Virus record (IMG/VR): IMGVR_UViG_3300007770_000001
From: a virus
Taxonomy: Duplodnaviria; Caudoviricetes
Direction: 5' to 3' (one strand)
Length of the DNA stretch: 64,000 nucleotides
Made by a program: the position numbers and the translations under genes
Shown: piece after piece, positions 27,871 to 37,238 of the stretch
Layout: the number at the start of each line of letters is the position of its first letter
Position numbering within the stretch: the first letter of the stretch is position 1
Notes under the pieces: generated by a model
Seen by the model: the letters and a program-made list of their open reading frames with translations, nothing else
Database searches by the model: none
What the model was told of the DNA's origin: nothing

Positions 27871-29790
27871 ATGTCGCAACGTGTCTCGAACCCCAACCGC
27901 AGGGTTCCGCACCGCTCTCCCAAGAAGAACCCCACGCCTCCTGATTCTGTTCTAAGGGAAGCGTGGGGTAGGGATCTCCCTCTCAAGAGGACGGCCCAAG
28001 ACTTGGGCATTCCTCATGTTCGTCTGAGAAAGAACTGGGTCCGTCTCTTTGGCCTCGATGTTTACAAGGCGAGAGGGAAGAGACTCCAGGCAGAGTCAGC
28101 GGCTCGTGTCTGCAGGGAGAACGCGAAGACCCGGACCTATCGAACCGTTCAGGTTCCTTGCTCGAAGTGCGCTGTCTCCCAGGACCTACGTGCAAACCAG
28201 GCAGCGCACCTGGACCGGAGCAAGTTCGTCTGTGATGATTGTCGGTACGATCGAGCCTGTCCAGTTTGTCAGAAGAGAGTCTCCGGGGCTGTGGGCTTGT
28301 CCGCCCATCTCTCCCGCTCGAAGGACGAGGCTCACCGAGCCTACCAGGACCAGCAGCGGGCATCCAAGTGGGAGGGGAAGACCGAGCCTCGGGACTTCGT
28401 GACCTGTCGGGAGTGTGGGTTCCGAGGGGAGACTCTCGCCAATCACATCCAGAAGCACGGTCTCACTGCTGCCACCTATCGGGAGAAGTACGGAGAATCC
28501 ACCCCTATCCGTTCGGACGCGTGTCGTGAGAACCGGAGTGCGGCTATCAAGAAGGCTCTGTCCATTCAGGACAGGACGGGAACGAAGGAGACCACTTGCC
28601 CTGACTGCGGATGTCCCCATCAGGTGAACAAGCACTACGGTCCTCGTCATGACCACCGCTGTGGAGAGTGTCGAGCCTGGGCAGAGGCTTTGCGGTGGGA
28701 GAATCTTCGGGAACCGTTCGACTACGTGGAGTGTGTAGAGTGTGGCTACCGGGCTGAGAACCTGACCTCTCATATCACGAACGCCCACCCCACCTATCGA
28801 GAGGACTACCCTGAGGTAGTGATCGTTGCTCTGAACTCACCTATCCGAGACAAGTCCGAACTCCGAGGAAGAGTCCTCTCGGAGGAGACCCGACGCCGGA
28901 TGTCAGTGAACGCGGGTCGGTGGAACAAGGGGCTCACGAAGGACACCCACCCTTCCCTACAGGCTATCTCCGAGAAGATGGTAGGACGCGTTCCTTGGAA
29001 CAGAGGGCTCACCCGAGAAACAGATCCCCGAGTCCAGGCCGCAGCAGCCAAGATTCGTCTCTACGTGGGAGAGAACCGGCCGTGGGACAACGGTCTCCGT
29101 ATAGATCTCTCCTCTGAGGACATGGCTCCTGTCCTCGACTCCAAGGGCCGGGTGGATTGGAAGAAGGTTTCGGAGCAGGGTCTTCCCGGAACAGCTGTTC
29201 GCAGATACATGGACGAGCACGACCTCAAGGTCTCTCCTGACAACAGGAGAGCAGCCTCGGACGCTCAGATCATCCGTTTGGACAAGGAAGTGTTCGAGCC
29301 CTTCAAGCTCAAGAACGGCAAAGTTGATCGGCGGAGAGCGGCTGAGGGAATTGGTCATGGAGTTGGAGTCATCACCCGAGAAGCTCTCCGCCATGGTATA
29401 GAAATCGCACATCGGAGGGTTGCCCAACCAAAATGCCTCCAGGCCATCTCCAAGGCCCTTGGAGATTCTACATTCACCGAGGAGTGGAAGGACTGGAGGT
29501 TCGTCTCCTTGAAGGGCTTCCGCTATCGATACGACGGTTTCTTCCCAGCCCACAACCTTGTTGTGGAGTTCCAGGGCTATCAGCACTACACCTGGCCCAA
29601 CCGATACCACAAGAGCTACTCTCAGTTCCTCGCAGGGCGTCAGCGGGACCGGCTCAAGCGGGGGCTCGTCGAGGCTGTCCCGGACTTGGTGTTCCTGGAG
29701 GTTCGGGAGGATGAACCCTACGATGATGTCTCCTACCTCCAGGGCCGTTTAGTTCAGTTGGGAGTTTCCCCTTGCCTCCGCGAGACGTAA
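27871..29790 (+). mobile_element. putative free-standing homing endonuclease: multiple Zn fingers, WNKGLT repeats, C-terminal Vsr/DUF559-like PD-(D/E)XK domain
   Basis: Several CxxC units, CRECG...NHIQKHGLTAATYREKYG, WNKGLTKDTHP and WNRGLTRETDP, C-terminal YRYDGFFPAHNLVVEFQGYQHY...RDRLK; codon usage weaker than the sheath. Confidence 0.7.
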
Positions 29791-29806
29791 CTCAAACGGA
29801 GGTAAT

Positions 29807-30061
29807 ATGGGATACGATCGATCAGTTTGGGACAGTGTGTCGGCTTCGGCTCGTCAGTTGATCCAGGAGCACTTCGGAACTTCTCCGAAGCAGGTGCCCT
29901 ACTTCACGACCTGGGACAAGCCGGACTTCGTGGAGACGGACATCCCCCACATCGAGTCGGAGGGTGTGTTCACCACCGGAGAGACCAACGGGGAGAAGGC
30001 CGTGCGGTGGGAGCACAGCAACCAGGCAGGGCACTCCTTCTTTCTGCCTCCGTTGCCATGA
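29807..30061 (+). CDS. hypothetical protein
   Basis: 84 aa, GGAGG RBS. Confidence 0.75.
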   Translation: MGYDRSVWDSVSASARQLIQEHFGTSPKQVPYFTTWDKPDFVETDIPHIESEGVFTTGETNGEKAVRWEHSNQAGHSFFLPPLP

Positions 30062-30318
30062 ACTGCGAGCACCGGTGCAACGAGGTGGGTGGTCCTTGGA
30101 TCGCCGAGAACCCTGCCTGTCCTGTGCATGGGGCGGAGGCGGTTCTCGAGAGGGCCATCCATGAGCGAGAGAAGAAGGATCTCACGGCGCAGGTACAGAT
30201 TCTCACCCAATGTATGCGCTCTATCACACTCACTCCCTGCTGCTGTCGCGAAAGGATATTCTGTCCCTCGTGTGAGGCGAACAAGGCGCTGACTCTCGCG
30301 GAACATGCCGCCCGGTAA
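30058..30318 (+). CDS. small Cys-rich hypothetical protein
   Basis: ATGA overlap; MNCEHRC...CPVHG...CCC...CPSC. Confidence 0.65.
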   Translation: MNCEHRCNEVGGPWIAENPACPVHGAEAVLERAIHEREKKDLTAQVQILTQCMRSITLTPCCCRERIFCPSCEANKALTLAEHAAR

Positions 30319-30326
30319 TCCTGGGT

Positions 30327-30692
30327 ATGTCCGAAGTCAACCTCCGACCTCTCCTCCGAACTATCGGCCGTGTTGCTCGGTTCTATCCAAGCGGACAAGA
30401 CCGAGGGAGTTGGTCCTATTCGAAGGCGTTCATTCGCCGGAACATGTCTTGGGTGTTCGAGGAAGGCATCGACCTCGGGGAGCTCTTCAACGCGACCCCT
30501 GAAGTACTTCAGAAGTACAGCCTCTCCGCTTGGGGTGGCCTGACTGCTCCCCGAAGAGCAGAGGCCGAGATAGCTCTACAGCTGTTGGAGGCAGACCAGC
30601 CGGTTTCCAAGCAGGAACTCGAGCGTCTCAAACCCGCGCGGAAAGACCACCGACGCAGAAGTTCCCGGAGCAGGAGGCGTCGTCGACGGTAG
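30327..30692 (+). CDS. hypothetical protein with Arg-rich C-terminus
   Basis: 121 aa ending HRRRSSRSRRRRRR; CGGTAAT just upstream. Confidence 0.65.
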   Translation: MSEVNLRPLLRTIGRVARFYPSGQDRGSWSYSKAFIRRNMSWVFEEGIDLGELFNATPEVLQKYSLSAWGGLTAPRRAEAEIALQLLEADQPVSKQELERLKPARKDHRRRSSRSRRRRRR

Positions 30693-30701
30693 GATCGCTA
30701 T
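30687..30701 (+). promoter_or_regulatory. putative late promoter CGGTA-N6-CTAT
   Basis: CGGTA ggatcg CTAT overlapping the CGG TAG end of the previous gene. Confidence 0.7.
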
Positions 30702-30716
30702 CCATGGCATCCTATC

Positions 30717-31367
30717 ATGGAAGATCTCAGATCCATTTCCGTCCGTGTCGCTCGGAGCCACCGCCAAGCTCGAGCCCCAGTGGCTCTCCTGCGGCAGCGA
30801 ACTCAGTTCTCCTGTATGGCGACGTCTATGACGATGTGCCTCCGCGCGTTGGGGCATCAGTCCAATGAGGACGAGGTCAACAAGGTGATGGGAGCTACTC
30901 CTGCACGAGGCGCTTCCTGGGAGCAGGCCCTCGCCACCGCCCAGCACTATGGTTGCCGAGCAACCCTGACCACCCCCTCTACGGTCATGCAGCTACAGGG
31001 GTGGACGGACGCAGAGAAGCCGGTGATGATCGCGTGGAACCCTGAGGGGCGAGACTGGTCCCACGCTTCCTGTGTGTTCGACGTGGCGCCGGGTCTTCCA
31101 GACCCCATCCCTCCGGAGGCGGTTGTCCAGGGCTCGGGAGAGGGACTCTACATCTGGGTAGCGGATCCGAATATTCCCCACCCTGAGAAGCTCATCCGCA
31201 TCGTCCATGAGGACGTGTTCTATTCGAAGTGGTACGAGAAGTGGCCTCGCTATCTGGTGCGCCGGCCTGCCCTCATGTTGGAGAGGGAGATCACCTCTGG
31301 AGGCCGTCAGGTGATGGCATCTTCCGAGTCCCATCCGGAAAGGGCAGCTCGCCTGAACGGGCGGTAG
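30717..31367 (+). CDS. papain-like peptidase (C39-like)
   Basis: RQRTQFSCMATS (Q and catalytic C), WSHASCVFDV (catalytic H, downstream D); N-terminal VRVARSH. Confidence 0.75.
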   Translation: MEDLRSISVRVARSHRQARAPVALLRQRTQFSCMATSMTMCLRALGHQSNEDEVNKVMGATPARGASWEQALATAQHYGCRATLTTPSTVMQLQGWTDAEKPVMIAWNPEGRDWSHASCVFDVAPGLPDPIPPEAVVQGSGEGLYIWVADPNIPHPEKLIRIVHEDVFYSKWYEKWPRYLVRRPALMLEREITSGGRQVMASSESHPERAARLNGR

Positions 31368-31376
31368 ATCCGCTAT
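31362..31376 (+). promoter_or_regulatory. putative late promoter CGGTA-N6-CTAT
   Basis: CGGTA gatccg CTAT, 25 nt before ATG 31401. Confidence 0.7.
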
Positions 31377-31402
31377 TGGACCTCTCTCACGGGAGGTCCA
31401 AT
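31375..31402 (+). promoter_or_regulatory. RBS/start-occluding hairpin overlapping the late promoter
   Basis: ATTGGACCTC tctcacgg GAGGTCCAAT: perfect 10-bp stem; the 3' arm holds GAGG of the SD and the AT of ATG 31401. Confidence 0.7.
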
Positions 31403-31973
31403 GTCTCGAAGGCTCATCGGAGGGCAGAAGCCGTTCACGGTTCTGGTCGCTCATTTCACCGGCCAGACGGACTCTCGGGGCAACCCGGTCAAGTCCCGTT
31501 CTGCCATGACCATGCAGCATTTCCCCGAAGTGGCTCGGGCCAACGGGGTGGAATCTCTCCCCCATCAGGGAAGGACCCCGGGCCTCCGGACCCGTGTGGG
31601 GCATGCCAGCTTCACCACTGACGGTGTTCCGGTCTCAGCCACGGGGACCATTACCGTCACGGACACCGCTCTCGTACACCCCACCCGGGTGCACTTGGGC
31701 TCCTTCGTCCTGACGGCCGGCGAGGATTTCGCCCTCACGGGAACGACAACGGATGTCGCTCTGGCCCTCTCCAACGCGATCGACAACCTTCCGGGATACA
31801 GCGGGACTCCAGTTGCGAACGTGATCACCGTGTCCGGACCCACCGGTCCTATCGGAAACGAGGCTCTGTTCAAGGCAACGGGGTCCTCTGCGTATCTCCT
31901 CACCTTCTCCCCGACCAACGGAGCCCTGTCCGGGGCGGAACCTGCCATTGGCCCCATCACGAGCGTCTCGTAG
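31401..31973 (+). CDS. structural protein with a sheath-insert-like beta domain
   Basis: ATGTITV...VLTAGEDF...TTTDVALALSNAI...VANVITVSG resembles the middle domain of the 37239 protein. Confidence 0.7.
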   Translation: MSRRLIGGQKPFTVLVAHFTGQTDSRGNPVKSRSAMTMQHFPEVARANGVESLPHQGRTPGLRTRVGHASFTTDGVPVSATGTITVTDTALVHPTRVHLGSFVLTAGEDFALTGTTTDVALALSNAIDNLPGYSGTPVANVITVSGPTGPIGNEALFKATGSSAYLLTFSPTNGALSGAEPAIGPITSVS

Positions 31974-31986
31974 GAGAATGGAATAG

Positions 31987-32700
31987 ATGTCTACAGCAGC
32001 CACACCCTATGAGAGTCAGACCAAGAGAGACCGCAAGCGTCTCCTCAACAACCTTCCTGTGGGAACCCGCCGAGTCCGGATTCTCAATGCACAGGGGAAG
32101 CAGCAGTACAAGCGGCCTGAGGACGTCGACGTCGATCGGGATATCATCCCTCTGAACAAGAACGGTGTCCCCATTGTGATGCGGAAGAAGCCGGGGGCTC
32201 CGGTCAAGACCCGCTCCCAACTCAATCCCCTGTCGTCCCAGATCGGTCAGGTCATGGACGCTCGGGACGAGTGGATCTCCACCAACGATCTCCTGTCCCA
32301 GGCTATGGATGACGCCTCGGGAGATCCCTTCCTTGACCTTGTGCTGGTCAACATGATCGCGGAGGCCGTCAACATCGAGTTCGAGCGGGTGGAGCTCCAG
32401 CGCCATGGCCAGGGTTCCGATGCTGCGGATCTCTCGACCAAGCGTGCTCGTGTCCTCAAGGCGATCGCTGACCTGGTCCTCAACCGTCGGAAGATCGCGG
32501 ACGGGGCTCTGATCGACCTCGACTCTCCGGTCTTCAAGGCGCTGTTCACTCTCCTGCTGGAGACCTTCCGTGAGGCCATGGCCACCGGAGGCTGTCGCTC
32601 CGAGCAGATCGAGCAGACCTTCACCCATATGGTGTCCTCCCTGGATGGTGACTCCTGGAAGGGTGAGGCGCGTGCCCGGATGAAGGATGCCTTGAAGTGA
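31987..32700 (+). CDS. putative terminase small subunit
   Basis: Helical 237-aa protein overlapping the start of the terminase large subunit (GTGA); positional inference. Confidence 0.55.
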   Translation: MSTAATPYESQTKRDRKRLLNNLPVGTRRVRILNAQGKQQYKRPEDVDVDRDIIPLNKNGVPIVMRKKPGAPVKTRSQLNPLSSQIGQVMDARDEWISTNDLLSQAMDDASGDPFLDLVLVNMIAEAVNIEFERVELQRHGQGSDAADLSTKRARVLKAIADLVLNRRKIADGALIDLDSPVFKALFTLLLETFREAMATGGCRSEQIEQTFTHMVSSLDGDSWKGEARARMKDALK

Positions 32701-34640
32701 GCCTCGCTGACCTGGCTGCCGCGGTCGGTAGAAGGTCCTCCGATCAAGAGGTCACCAAGGTCGCGGATATCATCACCTTCGTTGAGTCCCCCTGGGGACT
32801 GGGGCTCCGCCTGTATCCTGTCCAGAGGGTCATCCTCAAGGCCCACTATGGGATCGCCCTGGATGACAATCCTCACAACTTCCCTCTCGATGTCCCCATC
32901 CCCAAGGACCACCCCGCCTATGACGAGGAGTTGGTCGACGTAGACGGGTTCTACAAGTTCCGCATCCCGATTACGGATTGGCGCCGGGAGAACGAGAAGT
33001 TCTTCACTGAAGCGGGATACCTGGCCTGGCTGTTCAAGCAGGGCCGCTGCAACATCGAGAAGGTGGTTCCGGGCCAGCAGCGCCGAGAGATGGTCCTCTC
33101 GATTGGACGCCGGTCGGGCAAAACCCTCATCACCTCTTGCATCGTCGCATACGAGACCTACAAGCTCCTGCTCAAGCCCAGCGCTCAGGAGTTCTACGGG
33201 GTCTCCCCCTCCAACATCATCCAGCTGATCTCTGTCGCCACGGACAAGGACCAGGCAGGTCTCCTGTACCAGGAAGCCTCCGGCCACTTCCAGAAGTGCA
33301 AGTTCTTCGCCGCCTATGCGGCCAACGCCACCCAGAGCTTCGCTACCTTCCAGACTCCTCATGACATCGACAGGTACGGCACCTACAAGGACAACAACAA
33401 GGCTCGGTTCTCCATCAAGGTCACCTTCAAGTCCTGTGTTGCGAAGGGCCTTCGGGGTGGGAACAATATCCTGGTCGCTCTTGATGAGGCGGCCCACTTC
33501 GGGGAGAAGGGACAGGCTTCGGCAGATGAGGTCTACCAGGCCGTGGAGCCCTCCACCCGAACCTTCTCCCCGAAGACCAAGAGGGACAAGACTCGCGTGG
33601 TCCGGGACCCGAAGACAGGGAAGCCGATGCCCAACGAGGGGCGGATCATCATGATCTCTTCCCCCCTCGGGAAACAGGGTCTCTTCTACAAGTCCTATCG
33701 TGTGGGATTCGGAGACAACCTGGCGGCGCAGAACATGCTCTGTGTCCGAGCACCTACCTGGGAGGTCAATCCCACGGTCCCCGGAGAGACTTTCGTCGGA
33801 TCGTACCTCAAGGACCCGGCTGTCTTCGCAACAGAGTTCGGGGCTGAGTTCACTGATCGAACCCGGGGTTGGGTCGAGAACGCCAAGGATCTGTTGGACT
33901 GTGTGGATCCGGATCTCCGCCCCCGCCGCCGCGCGCCGGCTCGAGTCCCCAACTTCATGGGAATCGATGTCGCGCTTGTCGGTGACTGGTGCTCGTTGGT
34001 AATCGGACACAACACCCCAGACAAGCGCGTCGCGGTGGATTTCTACGAGAGGATCCGCGCTGGAGAGGGGGACTACGTCGGGCTGGATCGCTTGGAGTTC
34101 GAGGACGTCGCTGACTGGATCGCCTACTGGGCAAAGAGGTTCTACATCTACGAGGGGATCTTCGATCAGTGGGCCGGAATCCCCCTGGAACAAGCCCTGA
34201 AGCGCCGGGGGCTGAACCAGCTTCTCTCCGTGACGCACAACCGGAAGCTGTCCAGCCAGATGTACCAGAACCTCAAGAACATGATGCTGGATCGCCGGCT
34301 GGTCCTGTATGACTGGCCCCTCCCTCCCGAGGGCAAGGGACACAGCCCTCTGATCCAAGAGCTCCTGGAGCTCCAGGCAGAGAGGATCTCCAAGTACGTC
34401 ATCAAGGTGTCCGCTCCTAACGAGGATGGGAAGCACGACGATATCTCTGATGCCCTCTCTCGTATGGTTTGGTCCGCAGTCAAGAACGGGGGTCGGGTCA
34501 ATCGGGTGACTGGCGTATCTCGGAACACGAACCCCGGCTCGGGGGTTCGTTTCGGGAGGGCTCCTCGGATGGCTCGAAGAGGGGGCTCCCATGTATCCCG
34601 TCAGCCTCGGATGGCGAAGCTGGGGTACAGGAGGAAGTAA
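32697..34640 (+). CDS. terL: terminase large subunit
   Basis: LYPVQRVIL, Walker A SIGRRSGKT, Walker B LVALDEAAHF, ISSPLG, nuclease MGIDVALVGD and HDDISDAL. Confidence 0.93.
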   Translation: MSLADLAAAVGRRSSDQEVTKVADIITFVESPWGLGLRLYPVQRVILKAHYGIALDDNPHNFPLDVPIPKDHPAYDEELVDVDGFYKFRIPITDWRRENEKFFTEAGYLAWLFKQGRCNIEKVVPGQQRREMVLSIGRRSGKTLITSCIVAYETYKLLLKPSAQEFYGVSPSNIIQLISVATDKDQAGLLYQEASGHFQKCKFFAAYAANATQSFATFQTPHDIDRYGTYKDNNKARFSIKVTFKSCVAKGLRGGNNILVALDEAAHFGEKGQASADEVYQAVEPSTRTFSPKTKRDKTRVVRDPKTGKPMPNEGRIIMISSPLGKQGLFYKSYRVGFGDNLAAQNMLCVRAPTWEVNPTVPGETFVGSYLKDPAVFATEFGAEFTDRTRGWVENAKDLLDCVDPDLRPRRRAPARVPNFMGIDVALVGDWCSLVIGHNTPDKRVAVDFYERIRAGEGDYVGLDRLEFEDVADWIAYWAKRFYIYEGIFDQWAGIPLEQALKRRGLNQLLSVTHNRKLSSQMYQNLKNMMLDRRLVLYDWPLPPEGKGHSPLIQELLELQAERISKYVIKVSAPNEDGKHDDISDALSRMVWSAVKNGGRVNRVTGVSRNTNPGSGVRFGRAPRMARRGGSHVSRQPRMAKLGYRRK

Positions 34641-34643
34641 TCC

Positions 34644-35174
34644 ATGGGCCAGCATTCCAACATAGACGACACCGGAGATGTGGATATCCTGGTCCGTGGG
34701 GATTCCTTCCCTGTGTACGCAGGGCCAAGTCTCCGAGACTCGGGTTGGCGTGGAGGTCTGTGGGTCCAGTATGTGGACGGAGACCAAGAGTTCACCGTAG
34801 AGGTTAGCGACGGGAACTCCGTGGCCGGCTTCCTTCTGGCTCCTTCCGAGACTCGAGTCCCTCCAGGCTCCGTCCAGAACTGGACGTCTATCCAGCTGCG
34901 AAGGCTTCCCGGAGTTACGACTCTATCGAGCGAAGGCCCTCGAGGCTACTTCAAAATGTTCGAGACTGTGGCTCTCTCAGGAGGCACGCGCTCTGGTTCC
35001 GCCATTACATACACCAGGGGGGAGAGCCTCAAGGTCAGCGAGAACGGCCTCCTCTGCAATGACTCGGATAGCGAGCTTGCCCTTGCGGGAGTTACGGCTC
35101 CTCATGTAGTGGGTATCGTATCCTCGCCCCCGACGCGGAATCAGTCCCGTCTGGGTGCGGACATCAAGTACTGA
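34644..35174 (+). CDS. putative head decoration/cement paralogue
   Basis: KMFETVA...ITYTRGESLKVSENGLL aligns with QLFETQA...LTYTAGMGLMASRNGYL of the 55236 protein. Confidence 0.65.
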   Translation: MGQHSNIDDTGDVDILVRGDSFPVYAGPSLRDSGWRGGLWVQYVDGDQEFTVEVSDGNSVAGFLLAPSETRVPPGSVQNWTSIQLRRLPGVTTLSSEGPRGYFKMFETVALSGGTRSGSAITYTRGESLKVSENGLLCNDSDSELALAGVTAPHVVGIVSSPPTRNQSRLGADIKY

Positions 35175-35181
35175 GGGTGTC

Positions 35182-35502
35182 GTGGAAAGGAAGGCCCTAC
35201 AGGATCGGGATGCGCGCGTGGGTTCCCATGTGTTCACCGCTCTTCAAGAGATAGAGTCTGCCATCCGCATCTCTCGCGACCACACCCAAACCCGACAAGC
35301 GCGGAAGGCGCACCGGGATCTTCTTCATATCCGGGACGGCCTGAAGAGAATCTCCTCCGCATCCCCCAACTGGTCCGATCCGGACACTATTCCTGAAGAG
35401 GAATGGTCTCGGAGGGCTCGGGAGAAAAGAGAGCAACGACGGAAAGAGCTCATGGAGAAGAAGCTGAAGCAGGCGACCCAGGCGGAGGCCTCTGATGAGT
35501 AA
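35182..35502 (+). CDS. hypothetical helical protein
   Basis: GTG after GAGGG; overlaps the portal start. Confidence 0.65.
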   Translation: MERKALQDRDARVGSHVFTALQEIESAIRISRDHTQTRQARKAHRDLLHIRDGLKRISSASPNWSDPDTIPEEEWSRRAREKREQRRKELMEKKLKQATQAEASDE

Positions 35503-37195
35503 AGACAAACAGGAGGGAGTCCCTGTAGGGAAGGTGAGTAGCGGCGACGGGAAGAAGCGCGCCAAGACAGGGAAGCCTCGGAAGATCATCGTCGGGAGCA
35601 TGCGTTCTCGGTACGCAGCAGTCGGATCCATGGCCAACACGGTCCAGGGATACGGGGGCAACTTCTACAGTCCTGAGCTCTCCACGGACTTCCTCGAGCT
35701 TCCCCAGAGCCTCCACGAGAAGTGGGCCTATTACCGGTTCTTCTATGAGAATGAGCCGTTCGTAGGGCAGGCGCTCAATCTTCATGTTGAGCTCCCCATC
35801 TCCAAGATCCGGATTGGGATCCCCAAGGCCAAGAACCGAGAGATCGCTCTGGCGGCCACCCGGTTCTGCACCAAGTGGGCCCGTCGGGTTCGTCTCGTAG
35901 AGCGCCTCATGTCGATGGTCCACGAGAGGAATCTGATCGGAGAGGCGTTCGTCTGGTTCGAGGATGAGAACCCCGAGATGCCTCAGGAGGTTCGCCATGA
36001 AGCGCGGAGGACCCTGACTACAGAAGGGGAGGCTGTAGAGGAATGGGTCCTCCGTGAGGATGCCGACCAGCGCGCTTCCAAGTGGCTCCGGAAGAACTAC
36101 AAGGGATGGACGGACGTCCGGTGTCTCCCTCCGGAGCAGATCCGCTTCGAGTCCTTCAACTTCACAAGCGAGATGCTGTTCGAGGTCATCCCGGATTCGA
36201 AGACCAAGCGCATCGTGGATCGCGCAAAGCAGGGAGATCCCCAGGCCCAGCGGGTCGTCAAGACGATGTCCGCCGATGTGGTCCGTGCCTGTGTAGAGGG
36301 GCGCAATGTCCCCCTGAACACCGACCCTGATGCTGGCTCCTTCATCTACTATCTGGCCAACAAGCGGTCGGACTACCAGGCGCGCGGGACTTCCATTCTC
36401 CAGCGCTGTATCCGTGCTCTTGTCTACCGGGACAAGCTCCGCCAAGCCCAGACCAGCATCGCCTCTCGCCATATGACCCCCATCCGGATTGTCTGGGGGG
36501 AAGACATGAGCGAGGGGGATGTCGAAGATCTGCGCGAACAGGTCGACATGGCGCTGATGGATCCGGACTACTCCATCATCACCAACTTCCAGGTCAACTG
36601 GGAAGAGATGGGGGCGGACCAGCGTCTGCTGGATCTCAACGGAGAATACGACCTCACCGATCGGCAGCTGTACGCAGGACTCTCGGTTACCGAGGGTCTT
36701 CTCTCGGGGGAGTCCTCCTACTCTGGGGACCGGGCCAACCTCGAGGTCATCAACACTCGGTACATGTTGCTCCGAGAGCAACTCCAAGCCTTCGTTGAGG
36801 ACTTCGTGTTCCGGCCGATGTGTGCTCGGATGGGGTTCATCGAGAAGGACGAAGATGGCGAGGATGTGGTGGTAGTTCCCTCCCTGACCTTCACTCGTCT
36901 GGCTCTCCGCGACAACCGCGACACCTTCGATGCTCTGTACAACCTGTACACCAAGGGCAGCTTGGACGTCGAGACCATCCTTGAGCTCCTGAACCTTGAT
37001 CCTGTCCTGGTCCGCGAGCGGATCGAACGGGATCTCTGGACTGTCAACGATCCGACCTTCAACGAGGTCCTGCGGGGCATCTACGGAGATGCGGGTCGTG
37101 AGCTCGTTGGATCTACGAACATCCTTGAGGTCTTGGCCAAGGCCCTCAAGCTCGAGTACAACCCGCCCTCTGATGACGGCGACGGCCGGTTCTGA
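35495..37195 (+). CDS. portal protein
   Basis: 566 aa downstream of terL; FYENEPFVGQALNLHVELP, GTSILQRCIRALVYRDKLRQAQ and LYAGLSVTEGLLSGE are portal-like segments. Confidence 0.85.
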   Translation: MSKDKQEGVPVGKVSSGDGKKRAKTGKPRKIIVGSMRSRYAAVGSMANTVQGYGGNFYSPELSTDFLELPQSLHEKWAYYRFFYENEPFVGQALNLHVELPISKIRIGIPKAKNREIALAATRFCTKWARRVRLVERLMSMVHERNLIGEAFVWFEDENPEMPQEVRHEARRTLTTEGEAVEEWVLREDADQRASKWLRKNYKGWTDVRCLPPEQIRFESFNFTSEMLFEVIPDSKTKRIVDRAKQGDPQAQRVVKTMSADVVRACVEGRNVPLNTDPDAGSFIYYLANKRSDYQARGTSILQRCIRALVYRDKLRQAQTSIASRHMTPIRIVWGEDMSEGDVEDLREQVDMALMDPDYSIITNFQVNWEEMGADQRLLDLNGEYDLTDRQLYAGLSVTEGLLSGESSYSGDRANLEVINTRYMLLREQLQAFVEDFVFRPMCARMGFIEKDEDGEDVVVVPSLTFTRLALRDNRDTFDALYNLYTKGSLDVETILELLNLDPVLVRERIERDLWTVNDPTFNEVLRGIYGDAGRELVGSTNILEVLAKALKLEYNPPSDDGDGRF

Positions 37196-37210
37196 CGGTA
37201 CGCTGCCTAT
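37196..37210 (+). promoter_or_regulatory. putative late promoter CGGTA-N6-CTAT
   Basis: CGGTA cgctgc CTAT, 29 nt before ATG 37239. Confidence 0.7.
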
Positions 37211-37221
37211 GCCATAGGCAG
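37203..37221. promoter_or_regulatory. 19-bp near-perfect palindrome (operator-like)
   Basis: CTGCCTATG c CATAGGCAG overlapping the late motif at 37196. Confidence 0.55.
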
Positions 37222-37238
37222 GGACGGAGGCCTATCTG

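Noticed and set aside
27781-29806. Similar 3'-end duplication of the sheath gene around the zinc-finger endonuclease
   Set aside because: The sheath's last codons are A/T-rich, but I found no convincing second copy of TFQMRSSL at the endonuclease end.
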